Positions 6,834-15,227 of a stretch of DNA of 37,353 nt are shown in pieces. The position numbers and the translations under genes are program-made. The notes under the pieces are model-generated. The model was given only the letters and a program-made list of their open reading frames with translations, was not told where the DNA came from and ran no database searches. The stretch comes from a virus. Its lineage: Duplodnaviria > Caudoviricetes. The stretch spans positions 1 through 37,353 of IMG/VR virus record IMGVR_UViG_3300036778_000047; one strand, 5' to 3'. Position 1 is the stretch's first letter. Each line of letters opens with the position of its first letter.

Positions 6834-7205
6834 TTACGCCGCCTGGTCGTCATCCCCAAGGTGACGCCCCAGCGTTGTCAGGATGTCGAGTGCGAGGCTG
6901 CGCCGGCCGTCCGACATCCGGCGCCAGAGCCGGTTCCAGGCAAGTTCGTCCGGATCATCGATGAAGTAACCCGGCTTTGGGGCGACCTCCCCATCGCATA
7001 GGTAGTCGCTGGAAACGCCGTAAAAGGCTGCGATCTTAAACAGGTTCTCCCGGCCGGGCATATCGCGGCCGCCCTCGATCATCGACAGCGTCGACCGACC
7101 GATGCCCACTGCGCGCGCAACCTCATCGACCGTCAGGTTCCGATTGAGACGGAGCGCCCGGACGCGTGCGCCAAGGTTCAACAGGTCTCTCCCGCTCATG
7201 TCCAT
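6834..7205 (-). CDS. XRE-family phage repressor (CI-like; start may be ATG 7199)
   Basis: HTH_3 pattern LTVDEVARAVGIGRSTLSMIEGGRDMP; divergent from a Cro-like gene and flanked by operators. Confidence 0.9.
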   Translation of the reverse strand: MDMSGRDLLNLGARVRALRLNRNLTVDEVARAVGIGRSTLSMIEGGRDMPGRENLFKIAAFYGVSSDYLCDGEVAPKPGYFIDDPDELAWNRLWRRMSDGRRSLALDILTTLGRHLGDDDQAA

Positions 7206-7321
7206 TTATAATCCCGATTCGCTAACCCCTGGCGGAAAATCCGACAAGGCCTAAAAAAGGCAACGTCCGGTGGTAAAAATCCGGTGTTGACAACCCGGTC
7301 GGCTAGCCCGACGCTGCAGAC
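7206..7321. promoter_or_regulatory. OR/PR/PRM-like region
   Basis: Operators TGGCGG-AAAAT-CCGACA (7230-7246) and GGTCGG-CTAGC-CCGACG (7297-7313); TTGACA at 7287-7292 before cro; minus-strand TATAAA next to the repressor start. Confidence 0.8.
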
Positions 7322-7543
7322 ATGGATGTGCATGAACTCATCCGCCGGGGAGGCGGCCCGACCAAGGTCGGCGTGCGGCTTGGCGTCGCGCATAACACAG
7401 TGTCGGACTGGTTGCGCACCGGATACATACCCGGCGCGCGCCTGGTGCAAATCTCACGCGAACTGGGCGTTCCGATCGAGGTGCTGGCGCCGCTAGTGCG
7501 GCCGGTCGTCAAGCCGGCCCGCACGCCAGCCCGGGCGGCTTAA
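7322..7543 (+). CDS. Cro-like HTH regulator
   Basis: GGPTKVGVRLGVAHNTVSDW...IP; small, basic, divergent from the repressor. Confidence 0.85.
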   Translation: MDVHELIRRGGGPTKVGVRLGVAHNTVSDWLRTGYIPGARLVQISRELGVPIEVLAPLVRPVVKPARTPARAA

Positions 7544-7544
7544 A

Positions 7545-8018
7545 GTGTCGGGCGGCGCGCGGCATGAAAAGCGCTATCCGTGGCCGGACTCTGCCCTGCA
7601 GCTGCTGCGCGATTGGTGGAGCCAGGGTGTCCCGACCGGCGAGATAGGCGCGCGGCTGGAATTGACCAAGAATGCGGTGGTGGGCAAGGCGCATCGTCTC
7701 GGCCTCGATCCGCGGCCCTCGCCCATCCGGCCGCGCGACCCGACCCGGCCGCCGCAAATACGGGTGCACCGCGAGCGGGTAATTTCGACGCTGGCGGTGC
7801 CCAGTTCCGTGCAATCTGCAGTCGCCGAGGTCATTACTCCGCCGGCACCACCGCCGCGGCCCCGAACCGTCTACACCTGCTGTTGGCCGATCGGGCATCC
7901 GGGGCATCCGGGTTTCCGCTTTTGCGAGGCAGCGGTCGAGGGGCGCGTCGCGTACTGTGAGAAGCACCACCGCCGCGCCTATGCCAAGCGCAGCGTCGAT
8001 GCCGAGGTGGTCGAATGA
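7545..8018 (+). CDS. gcrA: GcrA-family cell-cycle regulator homolog
   Basis: W.....L...W..G....EIGARL..TKNAVVGKAHRLGL N-domain and C.WPIG.P....F.FC........YCEKH...AY C-domain. Confidence 0.9.
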   Translation: MSGGARHEKRYPWPDSALQLLRDWWSQGVPTGEIGARLELTKNAVVGKAHRLGLDPRPSPIRPRDPTRPPQIRVHRERVISTLAVPSSVQSAVAEVITPPAPPPRPRTVYTCCWPIGHPGHPGFRFCEAAVEGRVAYCEKHHRRAYAKRSVDAEVVE

Positions 8019-8209
8019 CCTTTTTGCTGACCTATCGCGTGTCGCCCGGGTATCGCGTCGCCGTTCCGCTTCGCCGGTTCGCCACGTTGGCGGCGGGCGA
8101 GCTGATCATCGACCACGCCGTCAATGAGGCGCGCGCAGCAGGCGGCGAGGATCTGGCGCTGCGGCTGGAAGCCCCGGACGGCGGCGTCACGCTGTATCGG
8201 TGGTTCTGA
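8015..8209 (+). CDS. Hypothetical protein
   Basis: 64-aa ORF coupled by ATGA and TGATG overlaps; GAGG RBS. Confidence 0.6.
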   Translation: MTFLLTYRVSPGYRVAVPLRRFATLAAGELIIDHAVNEARAAGGEDLALRLEAPDGGVTLYRWF

Positions 8210-8637
8210 TGGGCGTGGCTGCCAAGCGCGCGCGACCGTTTCGCTTGGCGCCGCCGGTCGTGCCAGAGCACCCGCTGCAGAAGCAGATCGCCGACGTGCT
8301 GCGGATCGAGCTGGCCCCGGCCGGCAAGGTCTCGCCCGATGGCGTCGTGTGGTGGAGCGTCGACCACGCGAACTACGCCGGCGAGGTGCCTGGCATCCGC
8401 GTCAACCGGGGCATCATCGCCGGCATCCCGGACCTGTTTCTGCTGTGGCTGGGGGCGGCGTTCATGATCGAGATCAAGACGGGTGTGGGCGAGTTGTCGC
8501 AGCCGCAGCGGGCGGTCTGTGCCGCGGTGCTGGCGGCTGGCGGGCATGTGGCTGTCGCGCGCGATGCGGATGAAGCGCTGGCCTGCCTCGATCGGTGGGG
8601 CGTGCCGCGGGCCGGGCGCATCAGGAGGGGAAAATGA
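8209..8637 (+). CDS. VRR-NUC / PD-(D/E)xK nuclease (Holliday junction resolvase-like)
   Basis: EH.LQ, GIPDL, IEIKT..G.LS..Q motifs. Confidence 0.85.
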   Translation: MGVAAKRARPFRLAPPVVPEHPLQKQIADVLRIELAPAGKVSPDGVVWWSVDHANYAGEVPGIRVNRGIIAGIPDLFLLWLGAAFMIEIKTGVGELSQPQRAVCAAVLAAGGHVAVARDADEALACLDRWGVPRAGRIRRGK

Positions 8638-9062
8638 GAAGCGAACCGAAACTGGCAACCTGGTGGACGCCGCTTGGATGGATGAGAGCGCCCGAGCCCG
8701 AGGCGTTTCGCGGCTACGATGCCTCACCGGATGATGGCGAGTACGGGTTTCTGCGCGAACGCGGCTACACGGGCACGGCGTTCGGTGATGCCTATCCCGG
8801 GAACGATTATTGGGAACTGCAGATATTCACGCATCCCGAGCATCTGCTGGTGCGCTTCTGGGACCTTCGCGCGCTGCCGCAGTGTCGCTTTTTCGTCGCT
8901 GTGGCCGATCAGGACGCTTTCATGGTCGACAAGCTGCTGGTGCTGCTGCGCGACCTCGGTCTCGATCCGAGCGCCAGCGGGCGGCAGACGCGTCTGGTGA
9001 AGGCGCTGACCGAATCAATGCGGCCGGATGACGACCGCAGCGGCTCGGAAACGCTGCAATGA
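8634..9062 (+). CDS. Hypothetical protein, paralog A
   Basis: ATG 8634 with AGGAGG RBS; WWTPLGWMRAPEPE...PEHLLV.FW...CRFFV...FMVDKL..LLRDL.LD shared with 9283-9681. Confidence 0.75.
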   Translation: MRSEPKLATWWTPLGWMRAPEPEAFRGYDASPDDGEYGFLRERGYTGTAFGDAYPGNDYWELQIFTHPEHLLVRFWDLRALPQCRFFVAVADQDAFMVDKLLVLLRDLGLDPSASGRQTRLVKALTESMRPDDDRSGSETLQ

Positions 9063-9282
9063 CCCGTGTTTACACAGCTACGATTCGAGGCCCAAATAAG
9101 CAAGGCCGCCGGTGCGGAAAACACCGACGGCCCATGCGCTTAACCAAGTCGGTTAAGAGAGCGTGCGAAACAACTCAACCATGCCACGTTGGGTTTTCGC
9201 ACGCCCTCTCGGCCGAGGCAAGAGAGGTGTGTTTGATGACCCATTGCATATTTGCGTCGCCGCGTGCCCGTGAGGTGCGGTC

Positions 9283-9681
9283 ATGACGCAGGACCAGGCT
9301 GGCTGGCGGAAATCCGTGTCGTGGTGGACGCCCACGGGCTGGATTTGGGCGCCGGAACCGGAAGAATGGCGGGGAGGCTATTTCGGCGCTCAGGGGAGCG
9401 TCGACGATTGGTTCCGCGAGCACGGCTACCGCCGTCGTACTGAGCACGGCCGCCCTGAGACAAACCGCTGGGTCATCAACATATGGTCCCGTCCGGAGCA
9501 TTTGTTTGTTTGGCTGTGGAACAGCGACGGTGAAGAGATCTGTCGCTTCTTTGTGGTCGAAGCCAACAGGGCGCCGTTTATGGTCGATAAACTGCCGCGC
9601 CTATTGCGGGAGTTGCGGCTTGATGATGACCAGGACCACGCGGCCGAATGGGCGCGGCGCCGCCGGGAGGCCAAGCCATGA
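9283..9681 (+). CDS. Hypothetical protein, paralog B
   Basis: WWTPTGWIWAPEPE...PEHLFVWLW...CRFFV...FMVDKL..LLREL.LD; GAGG RBS. Confidence 0.75.
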   Translation: MTQDQAGWRKSVSWWTPTGWIWAPEPEEWRGGYFGAQGSVDDWFREHGYRRRTEHGRPETNRWVINIWSRPEHLFVWLWNSDGEEICRFFVVEANRAPFMVDKLPRLLRELRLDDDQDHAAEWARRRREAKP

Positions 9682-10634
9682 GCGGCACCTCGCACCGGTG
9701 GTCTAAATTCTGGTGGTCGGATTGGCAGGGCGACAAGTCGCTGCGGGTCGTCAGCCTGACCGCGCGGGGTCTCTGGATGGAGATGCTGTGCATCGCCCAC
9801 GACGCCGAACCGTATGGGCACGTCCTCATCAACGGTCGTCAGCCAACACTCAAACAGCTCTCGGCGATCATCGGATGTGCAACCGAGAGGGTCATCCGAG
9901 CGTGCTTGGTTGAACTGGAAGAGGCCGGAATTTACAGCCGCACAGAGGACGGAACCATCTATTGCCGGCGCATGGTCCGGGACAAGGCAGCGGCAGAATA
10001 CGGCCGTGAGTGCGGACTTCAGGGCGGTAATCCGGCATTGAAGAGAAAGGAATGCCCCCCGGCAAAACCCAATGGGGGGATAAAGGGGGGGTTAACCCCC
10101 CCCCATAACCAAACCCTTAAACTAGAAGCAGAAGCAGACTCAGAAGCAGAAGAGAGAGAAGAACTACCGGCAGAGTCTCAAAATATAAACCGGGGGGTTT
10201 CGGCCGGGCGCAGCCCGGCCCCCCCTGCGCGCACATACGCGCACGCGCGCGAGAGACCGCCGCCGCTTCGACATTCCGAGCTGCGCTCGGACGCGCTCAG
10301 CGCGTCGCGCCGAACCCTTTGGCGACATGGGCCACAAGTAATCCGATGTCTTACCGGAATGCCCGAGCGCAACGCCCGAGCGTTCCTCGGCCGGCTGCTG
10401 AGCCACGCCCGAGACGACTGCGCCGGGCTGCTCGTCGCCCTCAACGACGCTGAGCGAGATCCGCCCATCGATCCCGTCGCATGGCTCACACGGGCCGCCC
10501 GAGCACGCGCCTCACCGGCCTACCGCAACGGGTTTTTGCAGATCATCGAGGACGAGGGGATGCCCAGCTGCGAGGCCCCCGAGCTTGACAACCCCGTAAC
10601 GACATTCCTCGCGAGGTATGCCGATGCCAGCTAA
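9678..10634 (+). CDS. Phage replication initiator (winged-helix N-domain)
   Basis: KFWWSDW.GD..L...S..ARGLWMEMLC...RRMVRD...G..GGNP followed by a low-complexity linker; position typical of lambdoid O-like genes. Confidence 0.75.
   Translation: MSGTSHRWSKFWWSDWQGDKSLRVVSLTARGLWMEMLCIAHDAEPYGHVLINGRQPTLKQLSAIIGCATERVIRACLVELEEAGIYSRTEDGTIYCRRMVRDKAAAEYGRECGLQGGNPALKRKECPPAKPNGGIKGGLTPPHNQTLKLEAEADSEAEEREELPAESQNINRGVSAGRSPAPPARTYAHARERPPPLRHSELRSDALSASRRTLWRHGPQVIRCLTGMPERNARAFLGRLLSHARDDCAGLLVALNDAERDPPIDPVAWLTRAARARASPAYRNGFLQIIEDEGMPSCEAPELDNPVTTFLARYADAS
10055..10202. other. Candidate replication origin inside the initiator gene
   Basis: Palindrome GGGGGGG-TTAA-CCCCCCC (10085-10102), several AACCC units, purine-rich AGAAGC repeats and an AT-rich stretch. 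Confidence 0.5.
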
Positions 10635-11193
10635 CCACGCTGCCGTCCGGGACTGGCTGAAAGCGCTCGGGTCGCTCACCGCCGGGTCACTGCCGGCAGC
10701 CGAGGCCGATCGCAAACTCGGCGCCTATGCGCCGCTGCTGGCCGCGGACTATCCCGCCACGGCGTTCTGCCCCGGCTCGCTCGCCGCCGTCGCCCGACAA
10801 TGCCGGTTTTTCCCAGCCTACGCCGAACTGTGCGAGCACCTCGATGCGTGGTCCCGCGACAACCGACCGCCGCAGATCGAGGCACCGCCCACAACCGACC
10901 CATGGGCCGAACGCGTCGACCGAGAACGCGCCGAAGCCGCCGCCGACTGGGCCGATCCCGCCAAGGTCAGGGCCTCAATCCGCAGCCTGATCGACCATCC
11001 GATGCGCGCAACCCTCGGTCCCATGCTCGCCGCTCTGGTAGGCCGCCACGCCCCGGCCAATGTCGCCCTGCTGCCGCAGGAGTGGCAGACCGCCGGGCCA
11101 GATACGCCCCGCGACCACGACGCAAGGCCCGCAGTCCGCGCATCACCGCTCACGCCCGAGCAACTGCAGGCGCTGAAAGATCACGCCGCATGA
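10624..11193 (+). CDS. Replication-associated protein (possible helicase loader)
   Basis: Follows the initiator; Y...LA.DYP...AVARQCRFFPAYAEL pattern resembles loader-like phage proteins. Confidence 0.5.
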   Translation: MPANHAAVRDWLKALGSLTAGSLPAAEADRKLGAYAPLLAADYPATAFCPGSLAAVARQCRFFPAYAELCEHLDAWSRDNRPPQIEAPPTTDPWAERVDRERAEAAADWADPAKVRASIRSLIDHPMRATLGPMLAALVGRHAPANVALLPQEWQTAGPDTPRDHDARPAVRASPLTPEQLQALKDHAA

Positions 11194-11435
11194 TCGACGT
11201 CGATGACCCGGTGCGGTGGAGCAAACGCCAAGCCGCGCTGCTGCTGCGCCTCGCTCAAGGCAGGCCGTCCAAAGCAATCCCCGACTGGACGAACATCATC
11301 GCCGCTGTCGCCGACGTCGCGGCCCAAGTCAGGGCAAGGGACGCTCGCATCGAGCGGGCCGCTTTGGACGTGATCGAGCAGCGGCTGCGCTTCGTTATGG
11401 CTCAGCGCGCGGCGATACCGGACGATCCGCAATGA
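11190..11435 (+). CDS. Short DUF29-like protein (N-terminal part only)
   Basis: D.V.WS..QAALL.RLA.G......DW.NII..V.DV resembles the DUF29 N-terminus; only 81 aa. Confidence 0.55.
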   Translation: MIDVDDPVRWSKRQAALLLRLAQGRPSKAIPDWTNIIAAVADVAAQVRARDARIERAALDVIEQRLRFVMAQRAAIPDDPQ

Positions 11436-11665
11436 CCGACGTCGCCCCTAAGCCGTCATGGGACCCGCTGCACCTGCGATGCAGCCACTGCGGATACGAC
11501 TGGCAGGACTGGGCGCCGTATCACGTCCCGGTCGATACCTGGATTGCCCATGTGCGCGCCCTCACCTGCCTGCATTGCGGCGCTGACTCAGACCAGCTGC
11601 TGATCCGGCGGCGACCCGCCCCCGAGGTGCACCCTGCAGCCGCCCACGTCGGGCAGCGCGGATGA
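11432..11665 (+). CDS. Zinc-ribbon protein
   Basis: CSHC ... CLHC; ATGA overlaps at both ends. Confidence 0.65.
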   Translation: MTDVAPKPSWDPLHLRCSHCGYDWQDWAPYHVPVDTWIAHVRALTCLHCGADSDQLLIRRRPAPEVHPAAAHVGQRG

Positions 11666-12165
11666 GCGCTCAGGCCGCTCCCGAGGCTTGGGCGTGTCCG
11701 ACGTGCGGGGCGAGCGCCGACGCCGTCTGCGCGCCTCTCACAGCGCTCTGCGTCGATGCGTCGCTGGTGATCCAACGCCTGGAAGCCGCCGGGGCAACAC
11801 TGCTCGCCATGCGCGACCGCTCGCCCTGGCCCGCCGGCTTCCGATCCGGCATGCCCGAGGTGCTGCACGACGCCCGCGAAGCCTACGGCTGGTCGACCGA
11901 ACCATGCCGCGCCGCATTGCCCGACGCAGTCGCCATCGACGCCATGGACGACGCTTATCGCTGGCTTGCCCTGATCCCGCAGCATCGCCACGTGCTGCGC
12001 CGCATCGTCGCCGCCCGCAGCCTGGTGCACCCGCTTACCGGCCGGCACATCGTCCACTGGCGACGCTTGGGCGAGGTCATCCGGGCGGACTACCGCGCCG
12101 CGCAACGGTGGCACGCTCAGGGGATCGGCGAGATTGTCCGGGCACTCTCTGCAACGCATGGTTGA
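11662..12165 (+). CDS. Probable late-gene regulator (DUF6362-like)
   Basis: V..RLE.AG.TL..M, P....I.AMD.A..WL..I, C-terminal HTH-like WRRLGE...ADYRAAQRW; last gene before the terminase. Confidence 0.6.
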   Translation: MSAQAAPEAWACPTCGASADAVCAPLTALCVDASLVIQRLEAAGATLLAMRDRSPWPAGFRSGMPEVLHDAREAYGWSTEPCRAALPDAVAIDAMDDAYRWLALIPQHRHVLRRIVAARSLVHPLTGRHIVHWRRLGEVIRADYRAAQRWHAQGIGEIVRALSATHG

Positions 12166-12256
12166 CGATAGCGGCTGATTTCTGCCATTTTCGGCCATAA
12201 TGGGGCGATGTGTTGCATTTCCGCCCCGTCCTCTCGCCCTAACGTGATCCCACAAC

Positions 12257-12664
12257 ATGCGATCTAGCGCCCGCGACGCCCTCGATGAGTTTGGCGTCGA
12301 AGCCCTGTGCGCGGCCATTCTCGACGGCACCACCATGACCCAAATCGCCCGCGACATCCCGGTGTCGATCGGGTCGCTCATTGCTTGGGTGGCCGCAACG
12401 GCTGAGCGTTCCGCGCGGGTTAAAGAGGCTCGCGCGCAATCCGCACTGGTTTGGGATGAGCGCGCGCTGCGCGTCGTGGAAGAAGCAACCGACCCGTTCG
12501 AACTCGCCAAGGCCCGCGAGATCGGCCACCACCTGCGCTGGCGAGCGTCGAAGATCGCCCCGCGGGAATACGGCGACAAGGTTCAGCACACCGGCGACGG
12601 CGGCGGCCCGCTAGCAGCCACGTTCCAAATCGTCACCGGCGTCGAGCGCGGCACGAACGATTGA
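12257..12664 (+). CDS. terS: Terminase small subunit
   Basis: N-terminal HTH and LRWRASKIAPREYGDKVQHTG.GGGPL, typical of Sf6-like TerS; position. Confidence 0.85.
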   Translation: MRSSARDALDEFGVEALCAAILDGTTMTQIARDIPVSIGSLIAWVAATAERSARVKEARAQSALVWDERALRVVEEATDPFELAKAREIGHHLRWRASKIAPREYGDKVQHTGDGGGPLAATFQIVTGVERGTND

Positions 12665-12699
12665 TGGTATAACGGACTGATAACGTGCAATAATATTGC

Positions 12700-13335
12700 A
12701 TGGACGAAACGCGTCAAGAGCACAGGTTACGGCAAAAGCGCGAGGCGTCGGCCCGTTGGGCGGCGAAGAACCGGGAACATGAGCGTGTCAAGGCGGCAGC
12801 TTGGCGCGTGGCCAATCCCGACCGAGCCAAGGCCAATATGCTGGTTTCGCATACTCGGCGGAAAGCTGCTTGGGATGAGTTTCTTGCCGGCGAGCGCAAG
12901 CGATATCACGCAAACCCACGCCCCAAGCTCGATCGGCAGAAGGCGGCGAAATCCGCCAATCCTGACAAGCTCCTTGCTTACGGCCGGCTGCACTATGCCG
13001 CAAACAAGCCAGCCTATCAGGCCAGGGTTTCGCTGCGACGAGCCATTCGACTGCGGGCGACGCCCATCTGGTGCGACAAGGCAGCGATTGTCCGGATTTA
13101 TGAAGAGGCGCGGCGGCTGACACTGGAAACCGGCATTCCGCACGAAGTCGATCACATCATACCGTTACGAGGGAAGCTGGTTTGTGGCCTGCACATCGCG
13201 CTGAACATGCAGATCATCACCCGCACCGCGAACAGACGGAAGCATAACAGGCTCGTTCATGTCGGCGACCGTCCAGAAAGTCACCAGGATCGATCTGGGT
13301 TATCAAGCGAGGCCGCAATTCAGGCCATTCCATAG
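12700..13335 (+). CDS. HNH endonuclease (homing-type)
   Basis: ATP.W...HEVDHIIPLRGKLVCGLH...NMQII...NRRKHN; basic helical N-terminus. Confidence 0.9.
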   Translation: MDETRQEHRLRQKREASARWAAKNREHERVKAAAWRVANPDRAKANMLVSHTRRKAAWDEFLAGERKRYHANPRPKLDRQKAAKSANPDKLLAYGRLHYAANKPAYQARVSLRRAIRLRATPIWCDKAAIVRIYEEARRLTLETGIPHEVDHIIPLRGKLVCGLHIALNMQIITRTANRRKHNRLVHVGDRPESHQDRSGLSSEAAIQAIP

Positions 13336-14566
13336 ACGCAAGCAGCGGTGGGCGTGCATTGTGGCGCACCGGCGCGCCGGCAAGAGCGTGGCATGCGTCA
13401 TGGATCTGGTTGATCACGCCTTGCGCTGCACCGAAACCGCTGGCCGGTTCTCCTACATTTCGCCGACCTATGCGCAATCTAAAGACATCGCCTGGAGTTA
13501 TTTAAAGCGGTTTACGGCGAAAATACCGGACATCGAGCAGCGTGAGAGTGATCTAATGGTCAACTTTCCCAACGGTGCGCGGGTGAGGCTGTTCGGGGCT
13601 GACAACTTTGAACGGCTGCGCGGCGGCTACAATGATGGCCTGATCATGGACGAGTTCGGTGATATCGACCCGAGGGCATGGCTGGAAGTGTTGCGACCAT
13701 CCTTGGCTGATCGGAAAGGGTGGGCGGTCTTTATCGGCACACCCAAGGGGCGAAACCAATTTTACCAGATGCACCAGACCGCGATCACCGAGGACGACTG
13801 GTTCTCGCTCGTTCTGAAGGCGTCGGAAACCAAGATACTGCCGCAGTCCGAGCTGGACGATATGCGCCAGGTCATGTCCGAGGACCAATATAGCCAGGAG
13901 TTGGAATGTTCATTCGACGCGGCCATCCGCGGCGCGATCTATCGCAATGAGCTTGCGGCGCTCGACGCTGCGGGGCGTATATGCGCCGTGCCATACGATC
14001 CGTCCGTGCCTGTCTGGACGGCGTGGGATCTCGGCATTGGCGATGCGACTGCGCTGTGGTGTGTGCAGCTGGTCGGGCGCGAGGTGCATGTGATCGACTA
14101 CTACGAGTCCAGCGGCGAGGCGCTGCCGCACTACGTCGCATGGCTCGAGAGCCGGCCGTATCGCTACGGCGAGGATCTGCTGCCGCACGACGCCGGCGCG
14201 CGCGAGCTGGGCACCGGACGGACGCGCGAGGAACTGCTGCGGTCGAACGGCCGGCGGGTGCGGGTGCTGCCGCGGCAAGATGTCGACGACGGGATCAACG
14301 CCGCGAAAATGCTGCTCGGGCGCACGTGGTTCGACCGGGACCGGACAGGCCGCGGGCGGGAATGCCTCGCCCACTACCGGCGCGACTTCAACGACCGCAT
14401 GGGCATTTTCCGCGAATCGCCTGTTCACGATTGGTCCAGCCATGGTGCGGATGCGTTCCGGACGCTTGCCATGGGGCTGCGCGAGGCGACGACGCCGCGG
14501 ACGGTCTCGATCGTGCCCACCCGCTCGGGCGCTTCCCGCGGCGGCAGCTCATGGATGGGGGCTTGA
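13259..14566 (+). CDS. terL: Terminase large subunit
   Basis: Walker A HRRAGKS, Walker B LIMDE, GTPKG, nuclease WDLG..D and HDWSSHGADAFR. Confidence 0.95.
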   Translation: MSATVQKVTRIDLGYQARPQFRPFHRRKQRWACIVAHRRAGKSVACVMDLVDHALRCTETAGRFSYISPTYAQSKDIAWSYLKRFTAKIPDIEQRESDLMVNFPNGARVRLFGADNFERLRGGYNDGLIMDEFGDIDPRAWLEVLRPSLADRKGWAVFIGTPKGRNQFYQMHQTAITEDDWFSLVLKASETKILPQSELDDMRQVMSEDQYSQELECSFDAAIRGAIYRNELAALDAAGRICAVPYDPSVPVWTAWDLGIGDATALWCVQLVGREVHVIDYYESSGEALPHYVAWLESRPYRYGEDLLPHDAGARELGTGRTREELLRSNGRRVRVLPRQDVDDGINAAKMLLGRTWFDRDRTGRGRECLAHYRRDFNDRMGIFRESPVHDWSSHGADAFRTLAMGLREATTPRTVSIVPTRSGASRGGSSWMGA

Positions 14567-14754
14567 TGATCGAGATCCTGCTGGTTGTCGTCTTCGCCCT
14601 GCTGATCATCGGCGTGGCGTGGTGGGCAACGACGCAGTTGCCGCTGCCGGCGCCGTTCCCGGCGATCATTCAGGTCGTGCTGGTGCTGATCCTCGTAATC
14701 GTGCTGCTCGACGTGCTGCTGGGCTTTACGCGCCCGGGGCTGCTGCTGCGGTGA
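14566..14754 (+). CDS. Small two-TM membrane protein
   Basis: Two hydrophobic segments separated by LPLPAPFP; TGATG coupling to terL. Confidence 0.75.
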   Translation: MIEILLVVVFALLIIGVAWWATTQLPLPAPFPAIIQVVLVLILVIVLLDVLLGFTRPGLLLR

Positions 14755-14909
14755 TGCGCTGGGCACGGAATTCCGGGGACCACAAAGCCCCCGGCTTTCG
14801 CTGGCACGTGGAATGGAGCCGAGACCGCAAGGCGCTGTGCTTCTGGCTGCCGAACACGTGGCGCCATCCGTCGCGCCCGCTGATCTATTTGTGGAGACCA
14901 GGGAGGTAA
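14754..14909 (+). CDS. Hypothetical Trp-rich 51-aa protein
   Basis: TGATG coupling; fills the gap before the next gene. Confidence 0.45.
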   Translation: MRWARNSGDHKAPGFRWHVEWSRDRKALCFWLPNTWRHPSRPLIYLWRPGR

Positions 14910-14911
14910 TC

Positions 14912-15226
14912 ATGTCGGATACGAACAATCCACAGCCGCAGACTGACGACCCGACCAAGGCCCGGCCGGCGTTTCCCGAATCGCCGCAGCCCGAGGCTCA
15001 CGAGAGCGACGAGACCGCGACCGAGGTGGATGAAACCGCCACGCCGCCGGTGTCCGAAACCACGGCGCACCCGTCCGGCGTGCCCGGCGCGCAAGCATTC
15101 GCCTCGAGGATCGACCAGGCCAAATTCGCCATGCGCGAGCAGGGGCACGATGAGGTCGTGCGGCTGATCGACGACCTGTACGAAGGCGTGCTGCGGCTTG
15201 AGGACAAGCTGGGATCGAGCGGCTGA
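14912..15226 (+). CDS. Hypothetical acidic protein
   Basis: GGAGGT RBS; disordered N-terminal half and helical C-terminus. Confidence 0.7.
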   Translation: MSDTNNPQPQTDDPTKARPAFPESPQPEAHESDETATEVDETATPPVSETTAHPSGVPGAQAFASRIDQAKFAMREQGHDEVVRLIDDLYEGVLRLEDKLGSSG

Positions 15227-15227
15227 C

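Noticed and set aside
9059-9286. 75-aa ORF between the paralogs
   Set aside because: It has ATGA overlaps at both ends and may be real, but shows no motif and coincides with strong stems, so it was left uncalled.
12160-12256. Late promoter upstream of terS
   Set aside because: TTGACG, TTGCAT, CATAAT and TAACGT are present but not at workable spacing, so no promoter was called.
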